A DNA stretch of 64,000 nucleotides from the IMG/VR virus record IMGVR_UViG_3300025872_000037, positions 32,001 through 96,000 of that record; one strand, written 5' to 3'. Positions within the stretch are counted from its first letter, which is position 1. Every line of letters starts with the position of its first letter. The DNA comes from a virus. The notes under the pieces are model-generated. The model worked only from the letters and a program-made list of their open reading frames with translations. It ran no database searches and was not told the origin of the DNA. The translations under genes were made by a program, and so were the position numbers. Positions 55,555 through 64,000 of the stretch are shown here, piece by piece.

Positions 55555-56357
55555 AGACCTCAGTCGTAGCACTCACACTGCTTCTGCTCTCAGCTGCGAC
55601 AGCACTGGCTCAGAATCAGATATACATAAATCAAATAACAACTGGTGGAAACACCACGCTCGTTCAGGTTGGAAGCCTGAACAAAATCGGCACTTCGGCT
55701 GCAGCCCAAAGTGACATCACTGGAGATAACATCGTGTTCGAGATGCGCCAAATCGGCAATAGTAATGACACGAAGTTCTCCATTGCTAGCGCCAATAATC
55801 TGAAATTACTGACAGTTGCTACTGGCAACAGCAACACTCAACAGTATTACTTCAGCGGCGCCAGCAACAATGCAAACATACTGCTGAATGGAAACTCAAA
55901 CAAGTTCTTACTCAATGGAGATACCTCGGTGGATCACACATCGAATAGTGATACCACTAAGGCTACCTTCACCAATTCGGACCTTATCTTCAACGTTCAA
56001 GGTAATTCCAACGACCTGCGCTTTGGAATTAGTTCAGGTAAATACAACTACCTGGACTACTCGATCACTGGTGACTCCAATAACATCAAGTCCACCCAAA
56101 TCGGAAACCCAGGAGGCGCTGCTGCAAAAACTGGTCACGAGCAGACCGTTGTGCTTACAGGCTCAAGCAACAACCTGACAATCTATCAGGCCGGACTTGA
56201 AAAGCAGACTCTGAACTACACGATGACTGGATCGACAAATAACGTGCAGATTGTTCAGACAACTGCCGGTTATGCTCCGATTATGACTACAAATGGAACG
56301 AATGGACCTACTGGGCCATCACAGACTACAAATTCAATTACTCCTCCAGGAAATTGA
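55551..56357 (+). CDS. secreted curlin-like repeat protein
   Basis: Signal peptide; ~22-aa repeats of Q/x-x-G-x-x-N, N/S/T/G-rich. Confidence 0.75.
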   Translation: MKTSVVALTLLLLSAATALAQNQIYINQITTGGNTTLVQVGSLNKIGTSAAAQSDITGDNIVFEMRQIGNSNDTKFSIASANNLKLLTVATGNSNTQQYYFSGASNNANILLNGNSNKFLLNGDTSVDHTSNSDTTKATFTNSDLIFNVQGNSNDLRFGISSGKYNYLDYSITGDSNNIKSTQIGNPGGAAAKTGHEQTVVLTGSSNNLTIYQAGLEKQTLNYTMTGSTNNVQIVQTTAGYAPIMTTNGTNGPTGPSQTTNSITPPGN

Positions 56358-56372
56358 TTTAGTCTTTAGATT

Positions 56373-57518
56373 ATGAAGTTTGGCCAGACAGCCGCTATTG
56401 CTTTAGCTTTAGCGGCTGCTTCGTCTGCAAAGGCTTATATCGGAAAGATGATGGAGGTCACTGGCCCTACGCAGATCGTGCGAGGCAAAGACAAGATTGA
56501 AGGTAAAGTAGAGGTTGGAGTTGAGATGAATGACTCAGTCGAGACTTTAAAATCTCGTGTGTCCATCACGTTCGAGGATAATACTAAGATGCAAGTCACA
56601 GAGTTCTCGAAGCTCAAGATCGATGAGTTCGTTTATGATCCAAAGAGTGGTAAAGGATCACTGTCTGTCAAGGCTGCATTCGGCACTGTGAGGTACGCAT
56701 CCGGAGCCATTGCCAAGAACAGTCGAGAAAACGTCAAGGTTCAGACTCCGACAGCCAAGGTTTCGGTGCGTGGTACTGACTTCTCTATGACGGTATCGGA
56801 GGACGGCAAGAGTCTGATCGTCCTTTTACCATCAAAGCCACTGGCGGCCGGAGGACCTCCGTTGGTTGGAGAGATCTCAGTGTCGAATCTCTCCGGAACT
56901 GTGATGCTCAATCAGGCGTATCAGGCCACATTCGTTGCGTCATCCACGATTGCACCGACAGTACCAGTGATACTAGACTTTCAGGATGAGTCAAAGATCA
57001 ACAATATGCTCATCGTGGAGACTCCGCGCCAGGTGTCTCAGGCTGTTAAAGAGCAAAAGAAAGAAAAGCAGAATCAATCTAGCAATGAAGAAGATAATAA
57101 ACCGAAAAGGGGAGCCAGCACAAAGTCTGAAAACAATAAGACTGCGGTTTCTCAGGTCGATACGCCACCAACTGCTGAAGCAGTGGCTCAGACAGAAGAG
57201 CCAGCTCCTGTCGAAACTAAGTTAGAATTGGCAGCAATCCAGCCTGCAGTATTGCAGGCGGCCGCTCAGGCAATCGAGAAGGTAGTGGCTCCAGCTGCGC
57301 CAGTTACTCCTGTTCTGGTAAGTATGACAACAAATCCTGGATGGTCTACAGATGGAGTGAATGCTATACTCTCGCTTGATAACAGCGGACAGATCCTGTA
57401 CTACACCACAAAAGCAAATGCCAGTCTGACAGTGGAGGTCACGACAGCAGCAGGTACTAAAACATACCCGCTAAACTTTGGCGATAAATCATCTGTGAAA
57501 GTAATACAAAAGAAATGA
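56373..57518 (+). CDS. FecR-domain periplasmic protein
   Basis: ITFEDNT...E.S.L.ID.FVYD; TPTA.VSVRGTDF. Confidence 0.85.
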   Translation: MKFGQTAAIALALAAASSAKAYIGKMMEVTGPTQIVRGKDKIEGKVEVGVEMNDSVETLKSRVSITFEDNTKMQVTEFSKLKIDEFVYDPKSGKGSLSVKAAFGTVRYASGAIAKNSRENVKVQTPTAKVSVRGTDFSMTVSEDGKSLIVLLPSKPLAAGGPPLVGEISVSNLSGTVMLNQAYQATFVASSTIAPTVPVILDFQDESKINNMLIVETPRQVSQAVKEQKKEKQNQSSNEEDNKPKRGASTKSENNKTAVSQVDTPPTAEAVAQTEEPAPVETKLELAAIQPAVLQAAAQAIEKVVAPAAPVTPVLVSMTTNPGWSTDGVNAILSLDNSGQILYYTTKANASLTVEVTTAAGTKTYPLNFGDKSSVKVIQKK

Positions 57519-59557
57519 AGAAACATACTCTCAAAACACTTGCAGTTGGCTTTAGTGTGCTCGTCGTAGCAATCTTGCTACGTATCTGGGATCCATATCC
57601 GATTGAGGTGTTACGCCTAAAAGGTTTAGATTACTACCAGCGACTACAAGAAAAGCGTGTGGCAGAAAACATCGCGGTGATCGAGATCGATGAAGACGCG
57701 CTAGAAACAAATGGCCAATGGCCCTGGAAGCGCGATGTTCTTGCCGCGGGTATTCAGCGGGCATTTGACGAAGGCGCGTCAGCTGTTGTGCTTCCAATCA
57801 TTTTTGCAGAACCAGATCGTCTAGGCGGCGATGCTGCATTTGTCGAGCAACTCGGCAAGGCGCCAGTCATCATCGCTCAATCGGCTGCACAAAAGGGCAA
57901 AGGTGAGCCAGTACCGCGCGGTCTTGCAACAATCGGCGGAGGTGCTGAAGATTGGCTATTCGATTATCCAGCGGCAATAGGACCAGTTGGTGACATTGGT
58001 AAATCAGCTGCAGGTGTAGGCATGCTACTAACAGCACCCGAACTTGATGGCGTGGTACGTCGCTTACCACTGATTGTTCAGGTCAAAGGCGAGAAATATC
58101 CTACTCTACCACTTGAAGTGCTGCGCGTCTTTGGCGGCGAGGCAAGCAATCAAGCTAAAGTATCTGAGGCGGGTATTTCAGCAATTCGAGTTGCTGGTAT
58201 TCCGCCAATCAAAACCGATGCGAATGCGCGAGTCTGGCTCAATTTCAAGTATACCTTTCCATCGGTAGCATACACCGCAAAAGATTGGTCAGCGATAAAA
58301 GGAAAGATTGTTGTTATCGCGCCGACAGCAGAAGGTCTTGCAAATACTGTTGCTACTCCACTCGGAACAAGTTATGGATATGAAGTTAATCTGCAGGCAT
58401 TGCAAATGCTGATCGATGAAGCACGTCTCGAACGTCCCGCAGAATTTGATCTGTATGAGCTAGGCGCTGGTCTGCTAGTTGCAGCAATTGCAGTGGTAAC
58501 GATCTGCTACCTAGGATATGGCATCGCTGGCCTGATCTTTGCTGTACTTGCTGCTCTGCCGATCGGCGCAGGATTCTATCTGTTTAATCTGGGTATGCTT
58601 GCCGACTATACCTGGATCGTGGGCGCGTTGATTGCAAGCTGGGGATCTGCGCTGTTTATGCGCTTCGTGATGGAATTCAAGCTCAAGCAGCAAATCAAGA
58701 AGCAGTTCGAGACATACCTCTCACCGGATCAGGTCGCACAGCTGCAGAAGAATCCCGATGCACTCAAGCTGGGTGGCGAGGAACGCGAGCTCTCGATTAT
58801 GTTCACTGATGTCCGCGGATTCACCGCGATCTCTGAGCACTACGGAAAGAACGTGCAGGGACTGACGCAGATTATGAACCGCTATATGACTGCAATGACG
58901 CGCTCGATCATTGAAAAGAAAGGCACACTTGACAAGTACATCGGTGATGCTCAGATGGCATTTTGGAATGCGCCGCTTGATGATAGTTCTCATGCCATCC
59001 ATGCCGTCGAGACAGGACTTGAAATGATGGGTAGCCTCAAAGCGTTCAATGAAGAGATCGCAAGGGAAGGTGTGCCGGCATTCGGTATGGGATTGGGAAT
59101 TAACACTGGTACTGTAGTCGTAGGCAATATGGGATCTGAGCAGCGGTTCGACTACACCTGTCTAGGCGACCACGTCAATCTTGCTTCTCGCCTTGAGGGT
59201 CAGTCAAAACCGTACGGCGTCAAAATTGTGCTTGGACCAGTGACACGAGAGAAGGTCAAGGATGTCTATCCTACGCTCGAGCTCGACTGCATTGCAGTGA
59301 AAGGCAAGAAAGAAGGCGTGAAGATCTACACTGTTTTCGATAAGGGTACTAGTACCTATTCTAGCAGCCATGACCATTTCTTGGAATACTACCGCGCACG
59401 CCAGTGGGACAAAGCGATTGCACTGGCAAAAGACCTTGCTACTCGGATGGATTTCATGGCTGGATACTATGAGATGATGATCGAACGAATCGAGTATCTG
59501 CGCGACAATGACCCGGGCGAACAGTGGGATGGCGTCTACAGAGCGACATCTAAGTAG
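57515..59557 (+). CDS. CHASE2-domain class III adenylate cyclase
   Basis: GQWPW.R, DGVVRR (CHASE2); 3 TM; FTDVRGFT, DKYIGDA, DYT.LGD.VNLASRLE, VKGK. Confidence 0.95.
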   Translation: MKKHTLKTLAVGFSVLVVAILLRIWDPYPIEVLRLKGLDYYQRLQEKRVAENIAVIEIDEDALETNGQWPWKRDVLAAGIQRAFDEGASAVVLPIIFAEPDRLGGDAAFVEQLGKAPVIIAQSAAQKGKGEPVPRGLATIGGGAEDWLFDYPAAIGPVGDIGKSAAGVGMLLTAPELDGVVRRLPLIVQVKGEKYPTLPLEVLRVFGGEASNQAKVSEAGISAIRVAGIPPIKTDANARVWLNFKYTFPSVAYTAKDWSAIKGKIVVIAPTAEGLANTVATPLGTSYGYEVNLQALQMLIDEARLERPAEFDLYELGAGLLVAAIAVVTICYLGYGIAGLIFAVLAALPIGAGFYLFNLGMLADYTWIVGALIASWGSALFMRFVMEFKLKQQIKKQFETYLSPDQVAQLQKNPDALKLGGEERELSIMFTDVRGFTAISEHYGKNVQGLTQIMNRYMTAMTRSIIEKKGTLDKYIGDAQMAFWNAPLDDSSHAIHAVETGLEMMGSLKAFNEEIAREGVPAFGMGLGINTGTVVVGNMGSEQRFDYTCLGDHVNLASRLEGQSKPYGVKIVLGPVTREKVKDVYPTLELDCIAVKGKKEGVKIYTVFDKGTSTYSSSHDHFLEYYRARQWDKAIALAKDLATRMDFMAGYYEMMIERIEYLRDNDPGEQWDGVYRATSK

Positions 59558-59613
59558 ATCAACGACTTACGTAACTTTCTTTCCTGTACTTTTAGCTCAA
59601 GGTATGTAGTGTA
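59557..59613 (+). promoter_or_regulatory. Early promoter cassette, variant B (also 59877-59937, 60194-60255, 60589-60650)
   Basis: ATCAACGACTTACGTAACTTTC..TGTAC..TGTAG(G/T/C) shortly before the start codon. Confidence 0.65.
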
Positions 59614-59874
59614 GTGATAATGAAACTGCACTACTTTACCTCGGATCAATTCAAGTGGAAGGGTACTCACGGTACTGCTAAGATTAGTGATATACTGAGC
59701 AACCGTCACGAGAACATCAGCCGGTTTGCCATTACTTCTATTCGTACTGGACAAACTCGTTTCTACGAGATCGATACCAATGCGCCTGGGTATGAAGACG
59801 GATGGGACGGCGAATTCAAGTGCTATACCGACAATCTTTTCGATGGTACTCGGATTACTATAGTGAACGACTGA
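59614..59874 (+). CDS. hypothetical early protein
   Basis: Follows cassette. Confidence 0.65.
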   Translation: MIMKLHYFTSDQFKWKGTHGTAKISDILSNRHENISRFAITSIRTGQTRFYEIDTNAPGYEDGWDGEFKCYTDNLFDGTRITIVND

Positions 59875-59937
59875 TAGTCAGTTACTTACGTAACTTTCTT
59901 TCCTGTACTTTTTGAGCCATTTGTGTAGGATATTGCC

Positions 59938-60192
59938 ATGATGAATGCTAAGCAACTTGCCGCTCGTACTAATGTCGTGACATCCTTTGTCTCTAAATCT
60001 TGGATGACTGACGGTACGCGAACTGTAGTTCAGTTTTTGCCGCGCGAAAAGCAAGTTATTGGACAGACACAAACTCGCGAGCGCGAGATCATCGCTAGCT
60101 CGGTCTTGCCCGTCAAAGAAGACGACTGGGCGTTGCTCTACAAAGTTTTTGCAACTAACACGAGTTTTGAGCGTTGGGAGATGTCCTACTGA
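59938..60192 (+). CDS. hypothetical early protein
   Basis: Follows cassette. Confidence 0.65.
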   Translation: MMNAKQLAARTNVVTSFVSKSWMTDGTRTVVQFLPREKQVIGQTQTREREIIASSVLPVKEDDWALLYKVFATNTSFERWEMSY

Positions 60193-60255
60193 GCATCAAC
60201 GGGTTACGAACTTTTCTGTCCTGTACTTTTTGAGCCATTTGTGTAGGATATTGCT

Positions 60256-60546
60256 ATGATGAAAAACGAACTGAAGACTGTCAAGTACAATGGTGTCCGC
60301 TATCGCATCACGCGAAACAATGGCGTGGAGCTCGTACTTGTGCCGCGTCGTGCGAAGAATGACGACAAGAAAGTCACTGTAAAAATCTCCGATCTCTCCA
60401 AGCGTCTTCGCGACCGCCTCAAGGCTGGCAAGAACGCAACTGATTACCACTACGTGCGTAGCGCGATGAACGGTGCTCTCGTCAAGGAAGACATTGCTAC
60501 GCCGTACGGCTGCTCTGTGGGCGATGAGGCCTACTGGTGTAACTAA
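60256..60546 (+). CDS. hypothetical early protein
   Basis: Follows cassette. Confidence 0.65.
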   Translation: MMKNELKTVKYNGVRYRITRNNGVELVLVPRRAKNDDKKVTVKISDLSKRLRDRLKAGKNATDYHYVRSAMNGALVKEDIATPYGCSVGDEAYWCN

Positions 60547-60650
60547 TTGGTAGTCAACGGGTTAGAAAAACTTAGCGTGCCTGTTGGCTATCAACGGGTT
60601 ACGCAACTTAAATAGCTTTACTTTTTGCTCAGAGTGTGTAGCATAGTCTT

Positions 60651-61079
60651 ATGAAAATGATACTTGCGCTTCTTGCTCTGACGACCGCTGCGGCTGCTGC
60701 CGACCAGTCGCGTCTGATTGATGCGTTGATCCGCGTCGAGTCAAATGGCAACGCCGCTGCGGTGGGCGACTCCGGCAAAGCTCTCGGCATTCTTCAGATC
60801 CATGCGATTACTGTCGCCGAGGCTAACCGCCTGTCTGGCAAGCACTTTACGCATCGTGAGATGCTCGACCCTACTAAGGCGCGCGCTGTTGCCGAGATTG
60901 TGCTAAGCCATTACTCTAAACACATTAGCAAAACGACCGGCCGTGATGCGACCAACAAGGAATTGGCGTTCATCTGGAACGGTGGTGCGGGCGCATGGAA
61001 GCGAGTCGCCAATCCGGTGGCCGACGCCAAGCAGAAGAACCTCGAGAACTACTGGAACAAAGTTTCGCGGTCGCTGTAA
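60651..61079 (+). CDS. secreted lysozyme-like / lytic transglycosylase
   Basis: Signal peptide; LIRVES.G...A.GD.G.A.G.LQI; WNGG. Confidence 0.85.
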   Translation: MKMILALLALTTAAAAADQSRLIDALIRVESNGNAAAVGDSGKALGILQIHAITVAEANRLSGKHFTHREMLDPTKARAVAEIVLSHYSKHISKTTGRDATNKELAFIWNGGAGAWKRVANPVADAKQKNLENYWNKVSRSL

Positions 61080-61282
61080 ATCAAACAATGAACGACTCAC
61101 ATCTTCAACCTCCCCAATCAGACATTGACTCTGCACTTAGAATTGAAAAGAGTGTGAAGCAAAATGAGCGAGCACACTATCTGGAATTCATGAACGATGT
61201 TCCGATGTCTGCTCGTAAGACACCAAGAGAATTGCGTGATGGTTGCATCTTGAGCCATCTTTTCGATCGGTCGAGGCAATAA

Positions 61283-61504
61283 TTGTTTACCGTGAAAGCA
61301 AAAACTAAAGTCGAGTACCGCCTTGAGTGGCGCGCAGTATGGCCTGAGCCAAGTTGGGAGCCAGCTGGCCGATTCGTCAATCCTGTCTCTATGAGAGAAG
61401 CAGTCAAGAAAATGATGAAAGATGGCAATAAAGTTCGCGTCACTAAGATAGTTTCTGAACGCACAATCCACACGCCCAAAGGTTGGAAAAACTCGCTAGA
61501 ATAA
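61283..61504 (+). CDS. hypothetical protein
   Basis: ORF track. Confidence 0.5.
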   Translation: MFTVKAKTKVEYRLEWRAVWPEPSWEPAGRFVNPVSMREAVKKMMKDGNKVRVTKIVSERTIHTPKGWKNSLE

Positions 61505-61692
61505 ATACCTTTGTTCTGTGAAATGAGCCTACTTCTAGTAAGTAGATCAAGATATACGTTTCGGCCTTCGTTCACAAGATGACACTGTTGGCCTAGTTAA
61601 CATAAAAAGATACTTCAACTCAGATTGAGGTAGGCTCATTTGACAGAACTTTTTGATTTACATTCCGTGCCGTTTATGGCAGGATCTACACT

Positions 61693-61983
61693 ATGACTAA
61701 GACTAAATACACTCGCGAGCAGTTGCTCAAAGTTCTTCGCGCCGGAGATCCGGTTGTTGTGACATTCACCAAGGTTGATGGAACTAAGCGAGATATGCGC
61801 TGCACGCTCAACGACATTCTCGTACCAGAGGATAAGCATCCGAAGGGCACAAAGCAGATCAAAGAGAATCTGGATGTCATTCGCGCTTACGATCTTGATT
61901 CAGATGGCTGGCGCTCGTTCCGTGTCGATTCTGTCACTGGTTACACGCCCGCGCCACTTGAAGTAAATCTGAACCTGATCTAA
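61693..61983 (+). CDS. SH3/WYL-like fold protein
   Basis: VTFTKVDGT.R.MRCTL; YDLD..GWRSFR. Confidence 0.85.
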   Translation: MTKTKYTREQLLKVLRAGDPVVVTFTKVDGTKRDMRCTLNDILVPEDKHPKGTKQIKENLDVIRAYDLDSDGWRSFRVDSVTGYTPAPLEVNLNLI

Positions 61984-61984
61984 T

Positions 61985-63175
61985 ATGGCGCGCAAAGCAA
62001 AAGTTCCGAACACAAGCTACAAGATCCGCGCCATCGACACTCGGTATACAGGTGACGAGCCTGTCTGGGATGGCTGGGAGCGTTGGGATCTGGAGAAGTT
62101 CAAGAAAGAACGTTCTCGCGCATTCAATTTTTACAACTACTACTTGGATGCGGTGCAGACGAAAGGCGCTGTCTTTGAGTGGATGGAGCGCAACAGTTAT
62201 TCTAAGGATGACATTGCTGCAGTAAAAGCTGCGCCCGACTATCTTCCGGGTATTACTGCTGGCACGTTGTGCATCTGTATGAACCGCGGTATGCCGGCGC
62301 TGCATCCTGAACTTGAAAACGAGCAACCTTCTGACGCAGCATTTGTCTCTGATGCACTGATCAAAGCGATTGCAGAAGGCCGGCGTGCTAAGCAGCCAGA
62401 TACTGTGGCAGTAGATACTGCGCCAGCTATTTCGCCGATGCTTCTTCTGAAGGCCAAGGCGCAGCGCACAGTCATCATGGATCTTGATGTTCTGCTTGAT
62501 GACTGGATGCGAACCAAGGGGCAGAAGGTGCGCCGCATCGATCTGTATGAGACGATGAACGGACACGATCTATCCGCCCTAGCTTGCCCGCTCGTTGAAC
62601 GCTGGCTGACGCGGCAGCGCGATGAAATGGTTGCTGCGCGTGACAAGACTGACCCCGATCTGGTTGAAGGCTATCGCTATCTGACAGGGCCTGAGCTGCG
62701 TGACCGCATCGATGCGACAGAACAGATGCTCGCTGATCTGAGCCGTTACTGCCATGCTGCAAAAGCAACTCGTGCACCGCGCAAGAAGCGTGCTAAGTCT
62801 GCAGACAAGCAGATCACCAAGCTCAAATACCGCAAAGAAGACACCGAGTATAAGATTGCATCGATCAATCCGACACGAGTTGTTGGTGCATATCGTTTGC
62901 TAGCATTCAATACCAAGAAGCGTATGCTGCTTGACTATGTTGCTCAGTCAGCGGAAGGTTTCTCGATCAAGGGAACCTCGCTCAAGAACGTCGATGAAAC
63001 TAATAGTCGTTGCACTCGTCTGCGAAAGCCTAACGAATTCCTGGAGGTTGTGCTGAATAATACCGCCAAGCAGATTGAAAAGGCCTGGGAAAAGCTGACT
63101 ACGAAGGAAGGTAAACCCAAGGTACGAATCAATGAGGATGTAGTACTGCTACGAGTCTTCGATAAGAAAGATTAA
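61985..63175 (+). CDS. conserved T4-like hypothetical protein
   Basis: SINP...GA..L..FNTK.R; TRLRKP; RINE...LL. Confidence 0.75.
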   Translation: MARKAKVPNTSYKIRAIDTRYTGDEPVWDGWERWDLEKFKKERSRAFNFYNYYLDAVQTKGAVFEWMERNSYSKDDIAAVKAAPDYLPGITAGTLCICMNRGMPALHPELENEQPSDAAFVSDALIKAIAEGRRAKQPDTVAVDTAPAISPMLLLKAKAQRTVIMDLDVLLDDWMRTKGQKVRRIDLYETMNGHDLSALACPLVERWLTRQRDEMVAARDKTDPDLVEGYRYLTGPELRDRIDATEQMLADLSRYCHAAKATRAPRKKRAKSADKQITKLKYRKEDTEYKIASINPTRVVGAYRLLAFNTKKRMLLDYVAQSAEGFSIKGTSLKNVDETNSRCTRLRKPNEFLEVVLNNTAKQIEKAWEKLTTKEGKPKVRINEDVVLLRVFDKKD

Positions 63176-63228
63176 TAGCTAATAGCTTTATCCTTTACAA
63201 GATTTAATCAAGGCTGTATTATATCATC

Positions 63229-63474
63229 TTGGAATCACAACTAATGTTAGATAACATCTTAACTAAAACTACATTAACTCAACGAGTAGAAGAACTTGTT
63301 AAAGTTGAGAAGATGACTTACATCGAGGCAGTGCTACATATCTGCAATGAGCATCAGATCGATCCTGCCGATATTGGCAAGCTGATCGTGCCGTCGATTA
63401 AAGCTAAGATTGAAGCTGAAGGTATGGCATCTAATCTTCTTCCTAAGTCTAACTCGCTGAATAACTTTTTATGA
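63229..63474 (+). CDS. 33: late transcription coactivator gp33
   Basis: YIEAVL.IC....ID....KLI..SIK.KIEAE...N.L; synteny with gene 59. Confidence 0.85.
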   Translation: MESQLMLDNILTKTTLTQRVEELVKVEKMTYIEAVLHICNEHQIDPADIGKLIVPSIKAKIEAEGMASNLLPKSNSLNNFL

Positions 63475-63665
63475 GCACAGAACAAACCGTAAACATTACC
63501 GCTAATCCCGATGGTTCGCTGGCCGCTACGCCCGCTAAGATTCCACTGAAGTTTCGTCCTCGCCGCGGCCGCCATCCTGATGTTACGCCTGGCGCGTTTG
63601 GCAATGGCCGCAAGCACAATGGCATCAAGTACCGTCGTAGCTCCCTGATCCGTCGTTTTCAATGA
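63471..63665 (+). CDS. small basic protein
   Basis: Coupled ORF. Confidence 0.5.
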   Translation: MSTEQTVNITANPDGSLAATPAKIPLKFRPRRGRHPDVTPGAFGNGRKHNGIKYRRSSLIRRFQ

Positions 63666-63913
63666 TGAAGGTCTACACACTCGATCAGAACGATCTGCAG
63701 AGGACCGGTCAAGCGGCCACCACTGCATTTCTGAATACGGCTCTGGCTGATAAAGTCATCACTCAGGAGCAATACAATGAACTCTCGAAGTACAGTATGA
63801 TCTGCCATACCCCGAACGGATTCATTGAACGGCTGAAAACCGCCATTGGATTCAACAAGGAAGAGAATGGGTATGAGAAGATCTACTGGACTTCGCATCA
63901 ACTGACAAGGTAA
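63662..63913 (+). CDS. hypothetical protein
   Basis: Coupled ORF. Confidence 0.55.
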   Translation: MMKVYTLDQNDLQRTGQAATTAFLNTALADKVITQEQYNELSKYSMICHTPNGFIERLKTAIGFNKEENGYEKIYWTSHQLTR

Positions 63914-64000
63914 TGCAGCCTTGGGAGGCATATCAGATATATACTGCGCTGAAGCTGCACTTTGAGTCCGAATCTTACGACGCCTTAAAGTACAACTTTA
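63913..64000 (+). CDS. 59: helicase loader gp59 (5' fragment)
   Basis: MQPWEAYQIYTALKLHF....YD..KYN, runs off the window. Confidence 0.8.
   Translation, partial: MQPWEAYQIYTALKLHFESESYDALKYNF

Noticed and set aside
1394-60650. Repeated ~30-nt sequences as a CRISPR array
   Set aside because: Copies are dispersed, separated by whole genes, and carry promoter elements; there is no regular spacer period and no cas genes.
1-64000. Stop-codon reassignment
   Set aside because: Core genes are full length in the standard code, TAA/TGA/TAG all end genes, and no suppressor tRNA was seen; the TAG-anticodon tRNA is Leu for CTA.

Overview
This 64-kb window comes from a large T4-like myovirus genome. It carries uvsX, gp41 helicase, gp33, partial gp59, RNase H, nrdA/B, ligase and TATAAATA late promoters. 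The host is probably a Gram-negative bacterium that makes little use of Shine-Dalgarno sequences (inference). From left to right: (1) a DNA-modification operon with a gp42-type dCMP hydroxymethylase, dCMP deaminase, UDG-like protein, amino-acid:DNA-transferase-like protein, PLP enzyme and SGNH-like protein; (2) replication genes and small early ORFs driven by a repeated IHF-box/leaderless promoter cassette; (3) a late block of His-rich proteins with capsid-targeting-like N-termini; (4) nucleotide-metabolism genes, PhoH and ClpP; (5) a ~6-kb RNA island with 15 tRNAs, a tmRNA, two HNH endonucleases and many unexplained structured RNAs; (6) a haemagglutinin-domain plus beta-barrel pair; (7) a CsgF-CsgG-curlin-FecR-CHASE2 adenylate cyclase operon. 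The most striking unannotated signal is at the head of the RNA island: a 35-codon leader peptide whose stop codon lies inside an antiterminator that competes with an intrinsic terminator. All calls come from motif reading by eye; no database searches were run.
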